This document shows, piece by piece, positions 49,175 to 57,371 of a stretch of 64,000 nt of DNA (its first letter is position 1; each line of letters starts with the position of its first letter). The stretch is taken from positions 50,643 through 114,642 of the forward strand of contig DASYXT010000039.1 of the NCBI GenBank assembly GCA_035934555.1, written 5' to 3'. Below the pieces are notes generated by a model. It did no database searches, had not been told where the DNA came from, and saw nothing but the letters and a program-made list of their open reading frames with translations. The DNA is from Verrucomicrobiia bacterium (GTDB taxonomy: Bacteria; Verrucomicrobiota; Verrucomicrobiia; Limisphaerales; UBA8199). A program made the position numbers and the translations under genes.

Positions 49175-50014
49175 CTATCTTTGTTCCGCCATCACTGCTT
49201 CGGTCAGGCGCACCGCCTGTACCGTTTCGGCCACATCATGCGCCCGAATCAACCGCGCGCCGGCGGCTACTGCCAGGCACGCGCACGCCAGCGCCCCGGG
49301 CAGGCGTCCCACCGCATCGGCCCCGGGCAAACGGCCCAGAAACCCTTTGCGCGAGACTCCCAGCAGCAAGGGCCGCGCCAATTGCACCAACTCGCGCACT
49401 CCCCCGATTAGTTGCACATTATGCGCGAACGTTTTTCCAAAGCCAATACCAGGGTCCAATATAATTTGTTCGCGGGGGATTCCGCAATCGCTCAATTGCT
49501 CGAGACGATCAGAAAAGAACTCGCCGACTTCGCGCACGACGTTCTGATACACCGGGTTGTGCTGCATGGTTTGCGGTGTTCCCTGCATATGAACGCACAC
49601 ATAACCCGCGCCGGATTCGGCCGCCAGCCGCCACATTTCCGGGTCCCGCCGGTTGGCGCCCACGTCGTTGATGACACTAACCCCTGCATCCAGGGCCACC
49701 CGTGCGACCCCGGCCTTCATCGTGTCGATCGAAATCGGCACGCTCACGCGTCCCGCTAATCCCTTCAACACTGGCATCACACGTTTGAGTTCTTCCAGTT
49801 CAGGCACCGGTGCGGCTCCCGGACGGGTGGATTCGCCGCCAATATCCAGCATTTCCGCGCCGTCGGCGACCAGTTTGAGCGCGTGCTCGACAGCCCGCGC
49901 CGGATCGAGAAACCGGCCCCCGTCAGAAAAGGAATCGGGCGTAACGTTAACAATCCCCATCACCAGCGCCGGGCGGGGAAAGCGGAACTCAAATTCGCGG
50001 CAGCGCAGCAGCAC
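49175..50014 (-). CDS. folP: Dihydropteroate synthase
   Basis: MGIVNVTPDSFSDGG, DIGGESTRPG and the pterin-binding barrel motifs. Confidence 0.9.
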   Translation of the reverse strand: MLLRCREFEFRFPRPALVMGIVNVTPDSFSDGGRFLDPARAVEHALKLVADGAEMLDIGGESTRPGAAPVPELEELKRVMPVLKGLAGRVSVPISIDTMKAGVARVALDAGVSVINDVGANRRDPEMWRLAAESGAGYVCVHMQGTPQTMQHNPVYQNVVREVGEFFSDRLEQLSDCGIPREQIILDPGIGFGKTFAHNVQLIGGVRELVQLARPLLLGVSRKGFLGRLPGADAVGRLPGALACACLAVAAGARLIRAHDVAETVQAVRLTEAVMAEQR

Positions 50015-50018
50015 GCTC

Positions 50019-50408
50019 TTATTCCCGCCCCATTTGAATCAGTTCAATTTCGTAACCTTCCGGCGCATCGACGAAGGCGATTCCCCCGCCGTCCTCTTTG
50101 AAGTGGGGGCCGTCGGAATAACTCAAGCCGAGCTTTTGCAGGTGGCGCCCGAACTCCTCGAGGCTGTCCACCTCGAAGGCCAGGTGGGTCAAATCCGGCT
50201 GCACTTTCACCGGCCCGCTCGCCGGGAAATGGCACAACTCGATCAGTTCCTCGCTCCCGGGTGTCTTCAAAAATACCAATTCCGACCCACGCGGCGACTT
50301 GTGCCGCCGCACTTCCTCCAACCCCAGGACATCCTGGTAAAACTTCACCGTTCGCGCCAGGTCATCGACGCGGTAGCGCGTATGCAGAAGTTTCTTGGCT
50401 TTGACCAT
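50019..50408 (-). CDS. VOC-family protein (glyoxalase I-like)
   Basis: LLHTRYRVDDLARTVKFYQDVLGL start. 129 aa. The upstream extension in the ORF track is encoded by REP copy D and was trimmed. Confidence 0.7.
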   Translation of the reverse strand: MVKAKKLLHTRYRVDDLARTVKFYQDVLGLEEVRRHKSPRGSELVFLKTPGSEELIELCHFPASGPVKVQPDLTHLAFEVDSLEEFGRHLQKLGLSYSDGPHFKEDGGGIAFVDAPEGYEIELIQMGRE

Positions 50409-50442
50409 GACCCACCATACCCCGGAATCGGCTCCAGGCAAG

Positions 50443-50556
50443 GCGGAGCCCGGCACTTTAGTCCGCGGCAGCGTCCGAAGCTCAAGCGCGCGGCGATTTA
50501 TCCACGCGCCATGCTCAGTCTGTTGTTGCTGCGGACTAAAGTCCCGCGCTCCGCCC
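50443..50556. repeat. REP/MITE-like nested-palindrome element, copy D (both arms)
   Basis: Left arm ggcggagcccggcactttagtccgcggcagc and right arm gttgctgcggactaaagtcccgcgctccgcc. Confidence 0.8.
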
Positions 50557-50678
50557 AACCGTCAAAGTTTTGTGTTTGACCGTCGGTCGGGTTTTGGATG
50601 AGTATCGCGCGCTGCCCAAAACAGGCGATGTTGTTTCGGGTAGCAAAAAACCTGTCGGCGCGGAAGCCCACACAGTAA

Positions 50679-52586
50679 ATGCTGAATACGAAATCATTTC
50701 TGGCGGTTGATTTTGGGGCGGGCAGCCTCAAGCTGGCCGAGTTCGAAGTTAACGAGGCCGGCGGGCTGCGTCTCAAGCAGTATGGGATCAAGTCCCTCGG
50801 TGCAGAAGGCTCGCAGGAAACGGCCCGGGAAGCGGTTGTCCTCAAGGCCCTCCAGGAGCTGATTGCTGAAAAAGGAATCAAATCCAAGACCGTCAATGTC
50901 TGTGCTCCCGGGTTCCACGTCTTCTCCAAATTCGTCAAATTGCCGCCGGTCGATGCGGGCAAAGTAACCCAGATCATCCAGTATGAAGCCCAGCAAAACG
51001 TGCCCTTCCCGCTGGAAGAAGTCGTTTGGGACTACCAGATTTTGGGCTCAACTGCCGGTGGCGAACTTGAGGTTTTGCTGGTGGCCATCAAGGCGGATAT
51101 TGTCGAGGGCCTGTTCCGCGTTACCGAAACCGCGGGCCTGAGTTTGCAGCTCTGCGACGTGTCGCCCGCCGCGCTGTGCAATTCGTTTCGCTACAACTAC
51201 GGCGACCTCGAAGACTGCACCATGCTGCTGGATATCGGCGCCAAGACGAGCAACCTGCTGTTCTTCGAGAAAGGCAAGGTGTTCTCCCGCAGCATCAACC
51301 TGGGCGCCAACTCGATCACCCAGGACTTCGCCAACGAATCCAAGAAGAAGTTCGATGCGGCCGAGAAGATCAAAATCCAGGAAGGCTTCGTCAGCCTTGG
51401 CGGCGCCTACGAAGAGCCTGAAAATCAGGACCAGGCGGCGATCTCGAAGATCGCCCGCCAGTTCATGACTCGCCTCCACATCCAGGTCAACCAGACGATG
51501 CAGTTTTACCGCGGCCAGCAGGGCGGCTCCAACCCCGCCCGGTTATTCCTGTCCGGCGGAGCGTCGATCATGCCCTACACGGCGCAGTTCTTCGCCGAGA
51601 AACTCAACGTCCCCGTCGAATATTTCAATCCGCTGCGCAACATCCAGATTGATCCGGCGATTAACCTCGAGGACCTGGCGCACGTCGCGCATTCCCTCGG
51701 CGAAGTCGTCGGGCTGGGCCTGCGCAACCTGGCGCATTGCCCGGTCGAGCTGAACCTGATGCCGGAGAGCACGCTCAAGTGGCAAAGCTTCAACCAGAAG
51801 AAGCCGTATTTGATCGCGACGGCGTTCAGCATTGCCGCGGTCATTGCGGCGATCGGGTTGCTCTTCGACAAGCTGGCGTCCGCCAAAGACGCCGAGCGCG
51901 ATAAAGTCCACGGCCAGGTTGAGCCGGCGAAAATCGCGGCCCAAAGACTGGACTCGGCGATGGGCAACCGGGCCAAGGCGCAAAAGGAGGCTGACCAAAT
52001 CGTTACCTGGATGGACCAACGCTACTATTGGCCGCAAGTGCTCTCCGGGTTGCGTGACTCGCTGATCCGGGTTGAAGGCAGCCTGAACCAGAAACTTGGT
52101 GTGCCCACCGGTATTTGGGTGGATCAACTCATCACCGTCGAGCCTCGCACCGCCGACGACCAGGCCGCGGCTGCCGCTGCCGCCCAATCTCCTTCGGCCG
52201 CCGCCATGGCCCGCGAGTCGGAATTGGCGTTCGCCCGCCGCTATGGCTTGCGCTCCGCCACGCCCGCCGCGCCCGCGGCGTCTCCCGACAGCACCACACC
52301 CACCGAAGGCACGCTGAAGAAAAAGAAAGCCGCCGAGGGCGAGATCGCCAACATGACCATTACGTTCCGGGCGGTGGGACTCAATTCGGCGGATGCCAAT
52401 GCAGACAAGTACATTTATTACGGAGTGTTAGAAGAGTTGAAGAATAATCCGCTCTTTGACAAGGACTACACGGAAGGGGACGGCAATATCGGCACCGAAG
52501 ACCCCGTGGCGGGCGGGACGAGCCCCTGGCCGGGCACCTTCACGTTCAAGATCAACGTCGGCCTCAAGCACCCGTTCAAGCTCTAG
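50679..52586 (+). CDS. pilM: Type IV pilus assembly protein PilM (actin-like ATPase fold) fused to a PilN-like TM/coiled-coil segment and an Ala/Pro-rich extension
   Basis: LAVDFGAGSLKLAEF, LLDIGAKTSNLLFF and FLSGGAS motifs. A TM helix (YLIATAFSIAAVIAAIGLLF) sits at about aa 385, followed by a coiled-coil-like region and a low-complexity tail. Confidence 0.8.
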   Translation: MLNTKSFLAVDFGAGSLKLAEFEVNEAGGLRLKQYGIKSLGAEGSQETAREAVVLKALQELIAEKGIKSKTVNVCAPGFHVFSKFVKLPPVDAGKVTQIIQYEAQQNVPFPLEEVVWDYQILGSTAGGELEVLLVAIKADIVEGLFRVTETAGLSLQLCDVSPAALCNSFRYNYGDLEDCTMLLDIGAKTSNLLFFEKGKVFSRSINLGANSITQDFANESKKKFDAAEKIKIQEGFVSLGGAYEEPENQDQAAISKIARQFMTRLHIQVNQTMQFYRGQQGGSNPARLFLSGGASIMPYTAQFFAEKLNVPVEYFNPLRNIQIDPAINLEDLAHVAHSLGEVVGLGLRNLAHCPVELNLMPESTLKWQSFNQKKPYLIATAFSIAAVIAAIGLLFDKLASAKDAERDKVHGQVEPAKIAAQRLDSAMGNRAKAQKEADQIVTWMDQRYYWPQVLSGLRDSLIRVEGSLNQKLGVPTGIWVDQLITVEPRTADDQAAAAAAAQSPSAAAMARESELAFARRYGLRSATPAAPAASPDSTTPTEGTLKKKKAAEGEIANMTITFRAVGLNSADANADKYIYYGVLEELKNNPLFDKDYTEGDGNIGTEDPVAGGTSPWPGTFTFKINVGLKHPFKL

Positions 52587-52587
52587 T

Positions 52588-53724
52588 ATGTCCTGGATCA
52601 AACGCAACCTGTTCTTCGTCGTCTTTAGCGCCACGGCCCTGGTGCTGGTTGGGCTGGCCGGGTACTATGCCTGGTCGAAGTACACCGCCAACAGCGTCGC
52701 GTGGGATAATCTCAGCAACGATTACGAAGAGCTCAAGCGGCTCAACAGCGCGCCGATTTTGCCTGGCGATGGGAAGATCAATAACGTCGAGCTTGCCAAC
52801 AACCAGCGTGCCCAGCTCCTGACCTTCATCAAGAGCACCCGCCCTTATTTTCAGCACATTCAGCCGATCCCCAATATGCCAGCGGTTTCCGACCAGGATT
52901 TTTCCACGGCGCTGGGCATGACCCTGAACCACCTGCAGCGCGATGCCACCAACAATAGCGTTGTGCTCACCGTCCCCAACTACAGCTTCTCCTTCCAGGC
53001 GGAGCAAAACAAAGTTTCGTTCGCCGCAGGCGGCCTGGCGCCGCTTTCAGTGCAACTGGGCGATATCAAAGCCATTTGTGACGTCCTCTTCAACGCCAAG
53101 GTCAATTCCATCGACAATATCCGGCGCGAACGCGCCTCGCCGGACGACTCGGCCGGGCCGCAGAGCGATTTCCTCGTGGATAAGTCCGTTACCAACGACT
53201 TGGCGATCATCACGCCTTACGAGATTACCTTCAAGTCCTTCACGACCGAGTTGGCCGCAGTGCTGAGCGGTTTCGCCAGCTCCCCCTATGGGATGGTAGT
53301 CAAAAGCATTAACGTTAAATCCGCCCCATCGGCTCCGCCCGAGCAGACGCCTGGGCCGGGCGTCGCATATGTTGCACAGCCCCAGCCCAGTTACTATCCG
53401 CAGCGCGGGCGAATGGAGGGCGACGCTCAGGCGGCCTTCAACAGCCGCTACGGAATTGGCGGCGGCGGCGGCGACGGCGGCTATAGCAGTCGCTATGGTG
53501 GTGGCGGGGCCAACGGCGTCGGCATCCCCTACCGTCCGCTGCAGGCGGGACAAGGTTACGCGCCGGCCTATCCGCAGCCGACGTATGCGGCGCAACAACC
53601 TTACGCCTCGGGTGCGGCCGCAGTAAACAAAGGCGGGCTGACGACACTGCTCGACGAGAAACAGCTCGAGATCACGATTGACCTCGCCCTCATTAAGCTT
53701 CTGCCTCCCAAAAACGCCAGGTAA
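52588..53724 (+). CDS. Amuc_1100-family pilus-associated protein at the PilO position
   Basis: N-terminal TM. Segments parallel the remembered Akkermansia Amuc_1100 sequence (LSVQLGDIKAICDVLFNAKVNSIDNIRR; TPYEITFKSFTTELAAVLSGF...VVKSINVKS; EKQLEITIDLALIKLLPP). It sits between the pilM and secretin genes. Confidence 0.6.
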   Translation: MSWIKRNLFFVVFSATALVLVGLAGYYAWSKYTANSVAWDNLSNDYEELKRLNSAPILPGDGKINNVELANNQRAQLLTFIKSTRPYFQHIQPIPNMPAVSDQDFSTALGMTLNHLQRDATNNSVVLTVPNYSFSFQAEQNKVSFAAGGLAPLSVQLGDIKAICDVLFNAKVNSIDNIRRERASPDDSAGPQSDFLVDKSVTNDLAIITPYEITFKSFTTELAAVLSGFASSPYGMVVKSINVKSAPSAPPEQTPGPGVAYVAQPQPSYYPQRGRMEGDAQAAFNSRYGIGGGGGDGGYSSRYGGGGANGVGIPYRPLQAGQGYAPAYPQPTYAAQQPYASGAAAVNKGGLTTLLDEKQLEITIDLALIKLLPPKNAR

Positions 53725-53726
53725 CG

Positions 53727-54542
53727 ATGGATTTCCTCAAGAAACATTACGAAAAGATTGTGCTGGGCATCGTGCTGGTCGGCCTCGCCGGCGCAGTTGT
53801 GTTCATGCTCTTTTACATCTCCAACGAGCAGCAGCGCCTGACGGAAATGAGTGATAGCGTCACCCATCCCCGGGTCAAGGAGTTGACCAATCTCGACATG
53901 ACCCTTTCCGAGCAGGCCCTTAAGCGCGTCGCCACGCGCGTCAGCCTCGATTTTGGCCCGCCCAACCGCCTGTTCAATCCGGGCGCCTGGCAAAAGACCG
54001 CCGATAACCGTTTGATTCCGCGCGAGAACGTCGGCCCGGCGGCGCTGACGGTCACCAACATCCAGCCGCTCTGGTTCCGCTTGAGCCTGGAAAGTGTTGA
54101 AGCGGTCGAAGGCGGTTACAAATACGTCATCGGCATCGAAAACCAGGCTGACCCCATTCCCGCTCACCGCTACAAGAAAACTACCTACTGCAAGCTGAAC
54201 GAGAAAACCGACATGTTCACCATCACTGAGGTCCACGGCAAACCCGAGGATCCGTCAGAGTTGGTGCTGATGCTGAAAGATTCCGGCGACAAGGTGGTAG
54301 TCAAGAAGGACAAACCTTACGAGCGGGTTGACGGTTACAGTGCCGACCTGGCCTATCCGCTCGAAAACAAGACCTGGCCCACTCGCCGGGTGGGCGCGTT
54401 GCTCCCTTTTAATGGCGAGGAATACAATGTCGTCGCTATAAATAAAACCGAAGTCGTACTGGCCGCCAAATCCAACGGTAAAAAATGGACGATTAAGGCC
54501 GCGTCCACCGATACCAAACCCAATCCCGACCGAGCCACCTGA
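53727..54542 (+). CDS. Membrane-anchored hypothetical protein at the PilP position (Amuc_1099-position)
   Basis: N-terminal TM (IVLGIVLVGLAGAVVFMLFYI) and a beta-rich C-terminal part. It starts 2 nt after the previous stop. Confidence 0.5.
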   Translation: MDFLKKHYEKIVLGIVLVGLAGAVVFMLFYISNEQQRLTEMSDSVTHPRVKELTNLDMTLSEQALKRVATRVSLDFGPPNRLFNPGAWQKTADNRLIPRENVGPAALTVTNIQPLWFRLSLESVEAVEGGYKYVIGIENQADPIPAHRYKKTTYCKLNEKTDMFTITEVHGKPEDPSELVLMLKDSGDKVVVKKDKPYERVDGYSADLAYPLENKTWPTRRVGALLPFNGEEYNVVAINKTEVVLAAKSNGKKWTIKAASTDTKPNPDRAT

Positions 54543-54578
54543 ACCGCGTTGAATTTTTACTGAACGCCCTCTCAACCC

Positions 54579-57347
54579 ATGATCAAAGCAGCCTCCCTCC
54601 CCCTGTGTCTCACTCTGTTGCTGGCGGCCGCCGGCGTTGCCTACGCTCAGGCCCCAGCCCAGGAAACCGCGGTTAACGAAGCCGTCATGCGCCAGGCCGA
54701 GCACGTCCTGCTCCGCCAAAAGCTCGGCGACGCCCTTGCCGCCCAGGAACGCCATGACCTGGCCAACGCCGCCAAGCTTTATGACGCCGCCTGGGACCTG
54801 GTGCTCAAGGTCGGCATCGCCAATGTCGAACCCGAAGCCGCCCAGACCCGCGCCGGCCTGGCCGCCGTGCGCATGGAATTGGCCCGCGGCGACCAGCGCC
54901 ACGGCGCCTATCGCGAAGCCGGCCTGGAAGTGGATGATGTGCTCCGCGCCGATCCTGGCAATGCCGAAGCTCTGGCGTTCAAACACGCCAATGACAAAAT
55001 CATCCAGGACATGCGCGGGCACGTGGCTGACAATGCAACGCTCAGCCAGGTCCCCACCATCATGAACGAGAAGAAGGACGTCGCTACCCTGGTTCAGAAT
55101 GGCAAGCTGCTCTTCGAGATGGGCAAAATCCCCGAAGCCGAGGCCATCCTTAAGCAAGCGACCAAACTAGACCCGCAAAATCAGGCCGCGTACTATTACC
55201 TCAACCTCATTAGCGAAGCCAAATACCAGGAAGCGCTGAATCGCCGCGACATCGCCTCCCGCACCGGCCTGGTCGATATCGAAAAGGCCTGGGCGACTTC
55301 GCCCAAGCGCGACTTGCTGCCGCAGCCCAACATGTACGCGCGCACCAACCTGATCAATACCAGCGCCGGCCGCCGCATCATTTACAATAAACTCAACCGG
55401 ATCCGTCTGGATGAGGTCAAGTACCAGAACCTGCCTTTGCGCGAGGTCGTCAACAACCTCTATGACCAGGCCAAGCGGCGCGACCCGGAGAAGCGCGGTA
55501 TTAACTTCATCATCAACAATAACGTGGATACTGCGGTCAACCCGCTGGCTCCCCCCACCGGCGGGCCCGTTCCTACCGATCCGACTACTGGCTTGCCCCT
55601 GCCGCAGGCTGCCCCGGCTGAGCAAACCGATATCGGCGATGCCTCCATTAAAATCGATCCGGCCCTGACGGATGTCAGCCTCGCGGATGTCCTCGATGCC
55701 ATTGTCAAAGTTTCCGACAAGCGCATCAAATACTCCGTCGAGGATTACGCAGTCGTTTTCTCTGTCAAAGCCAACGACCCCCAACCGCTCTATACCCGGG
55801 TGATTAAAGTGGACCCCAATACTTTTCAACAAGGTTTGGAAGGCGTCACTGGGTTTGACTGGGGTTCGATTGCCCAGGCCAGCAATGGCGGCGCCGGCGG
55901 CGGCGGCGGTATTGGTGGCGGCGGCGGTATTGGTGGTGGCGGCGGTATTGGCGGCGGCGGCTTGGGCGGCGGCGGCCAGGGTGGCGGCTTGCTGACGGTG
56001 CCGCGCATCAACGTTGCCGGTGGCACAGCCGGTGGCGGTATCGGCGGCGGCGGCGGCGGCGGCGTTGGCGGTGGCGTTGGCGGCGGCGGCATTTTCGGCG
56101 TGACCATCACGAACAACATGGTCGCCCGGCAGGCGATGGTCCGCCAATTCTTCCTCACCATGGGCGTCGATCTCAACCCGCCCAAGACCGTCTTCTTCAA
56201 CGATCGCGAAGGCACCATTATCGTGCGCGCTACCCTCCAGGACCTCGATACCATCGAACAGGCCGTCCAGGTCCTTAACATTGCTCCGCCTCAGATCCAC
56301 ATTAAATCCAAGTTCCTCGAAGTCGCTCAAAACGACACCCGAGCTTTTGGCTTCGATTGGTTCCTGGGCAACTTCCTGATGGGCGGCGGTAAACTCGCCG
56401 CCGAAGGCGGCACCGCGCCCTCTTATAATGGCGTGCCGACCGCGGCCAATCCGCAGGGCTTTTTCCCCGGCACCCAAGGGCCCAATGCCGCCGCCGGCAT
56501 CGCGGGTAACACCATTGCTCCTTCGGCTTCCGACCAACTCATCACCTCCGGCTTGCGTAACACCGTCAATGCCCCGGCGATTGCAACCCTCACTGGCATC
56601 CTGACCGACCCACAATTCCGCGTAGTGGTTAAGGCGCTTGAACAGCGCGACGGCACCGACCTGCTGGCCGAATCGTCCGTCACGACTCTCAGCGGGCGCC
56701 AAACCGAAGTTGAAGTCCTGGACCTGCAAACGATCGTCATTGGTAACACCGTCGGCGGCGTGGGCGGCGCCAGCGCCGCGCCCACAACTGGAGGAATTGG
56801 TTCGACTGTCCTTAGCCAAACGCCCATCGGCAGCAGCTACGCAACCGAAACCCTGCCCTTCGGGCCGACACTCGATTTGATTCCCTATGTGGATGCGGAT
56901 GGTTTCACGATCCAGATGACCATTATTCCCACCTACGTCGAGTTCATCGGCTATGACAATCCCGGCCAGTTCGTGCCGCAAGCCCAATCGGTCGCCGGCA
57001 ACAACATCGGCGTGCCCATCACCGGCGTGCTGCCACTGCCACGCTTCCGGGTGCGCCAGGTTACCACCTCCTGCATTGTCTGGGACGGCCAGACCATCGT
57101 GCTGGGCGGCCTCATTTCCGAGCACGTCAGCAAGGAAATGGATAAAGTGCCGATCCTGGGCGATATCCCGATGGTGGGCCGGTTATTCCGCAACGAATCG
57201 AGTGTCAGCCAGAAAAAGAACCTGATGATCTTCGTCACCCCGACGATTATCGATCCCGCGGGCAATCGCTTCCATTCGGAGGACGAAATGCCCTTTGCCC
57301 AGAACGCGATCCCGCTGCAAAAGCCGATCGTGCCGCCGGCGCAATAA
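54579..57347 (+). CDS. Secretin (type II/III secretion system family, PilQ/GspD-like) with a TPR-like N-terminus and a poly-Gly insert
   Basis: C-terminal secretin signature VPILGDIPMVGRLFRNESSVSQKKNLMIFVTPTIIDP, signal peptide, and an N-terminal helical repeat region. Confidence 0.85.
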   Translation: MIKAASLPLCLTLLLAAAGVAYAQAPAQETAVNEAVMRQAEHVLLRQKLGDALAAQERHDLANAAKLYDAAWDLVLKVGIANVEPEAAQTRAGLAAVRMELARGDQRHGAYREAGLEVDDVLRADPGNAEALAFKHANDKIIQDMRGHVADNATLSQVPTIMNEKKDVATLVQNGKLLFEMGKIPEAEAILKQATKLDPQNQAAYYYLNLISEAKYQEALNRRDIASRTGLVDIEKAWATSPKRDLLPQPNMYARTNLINTSAGRRIIYNKLNRIRLDEVKYQNLPLREVVNNLYDQAKRRDPEKRGINFIINNNVDTAVNPLAPPTGGPVPTDPTTGLPLPQAAPAEQTDIGDASIKIDPALTDVSLADVLDAIVKVSDKRIKYSVEDYAVVFSVKANDPQPLYTRVIKVDPNTFQQGLEGVTGFDWGSIAQASNGGAGGGGGIGGGGGIGGGGGIGGGGLGGGGQGGGLLTVPRINVAGGTAGGGIGGGGGGGVGGGVGGGGIFGVTITNNMVARQAMVRQFFLTMGVDLNPPKTVFFNDREGTIIVRATLQDLDTIEQAVQVLNIAPPQIHIKSKFLEVAQNDTRAFGFDWFLGNFLMGGGKLAAEGGTAPSYNGVPTAANPQGFFPGTQGPNAAAGIAGNTIAPSASDQLITSGLRNTVNAPAIATLTGILTDPQFRVVVKALEQRDGTDLLAESSVTTLSGRQTEVEVLDLQTIVIGNTVGGVGGASAAPTTGGIGSTVLSQTPIGSSYATETLPFGPTLDLIPYVDADGFTIQMTIIPTYVEFIGYDNPGQFVPQAQSVAGNNIGVPITGVLPLPRFRVRQVTTSCIVWDGQTIVLGGLISEHVSKEMDKVPILGDIPMVGRLFRNESSVSQKKNLMIFVTPTIIDPAGNRFHSEDEMPFAQNAIPLQKPIVPPAQ

Positions 57348-57371
57348 CGCACTACGTACCGCATCTTTCCT

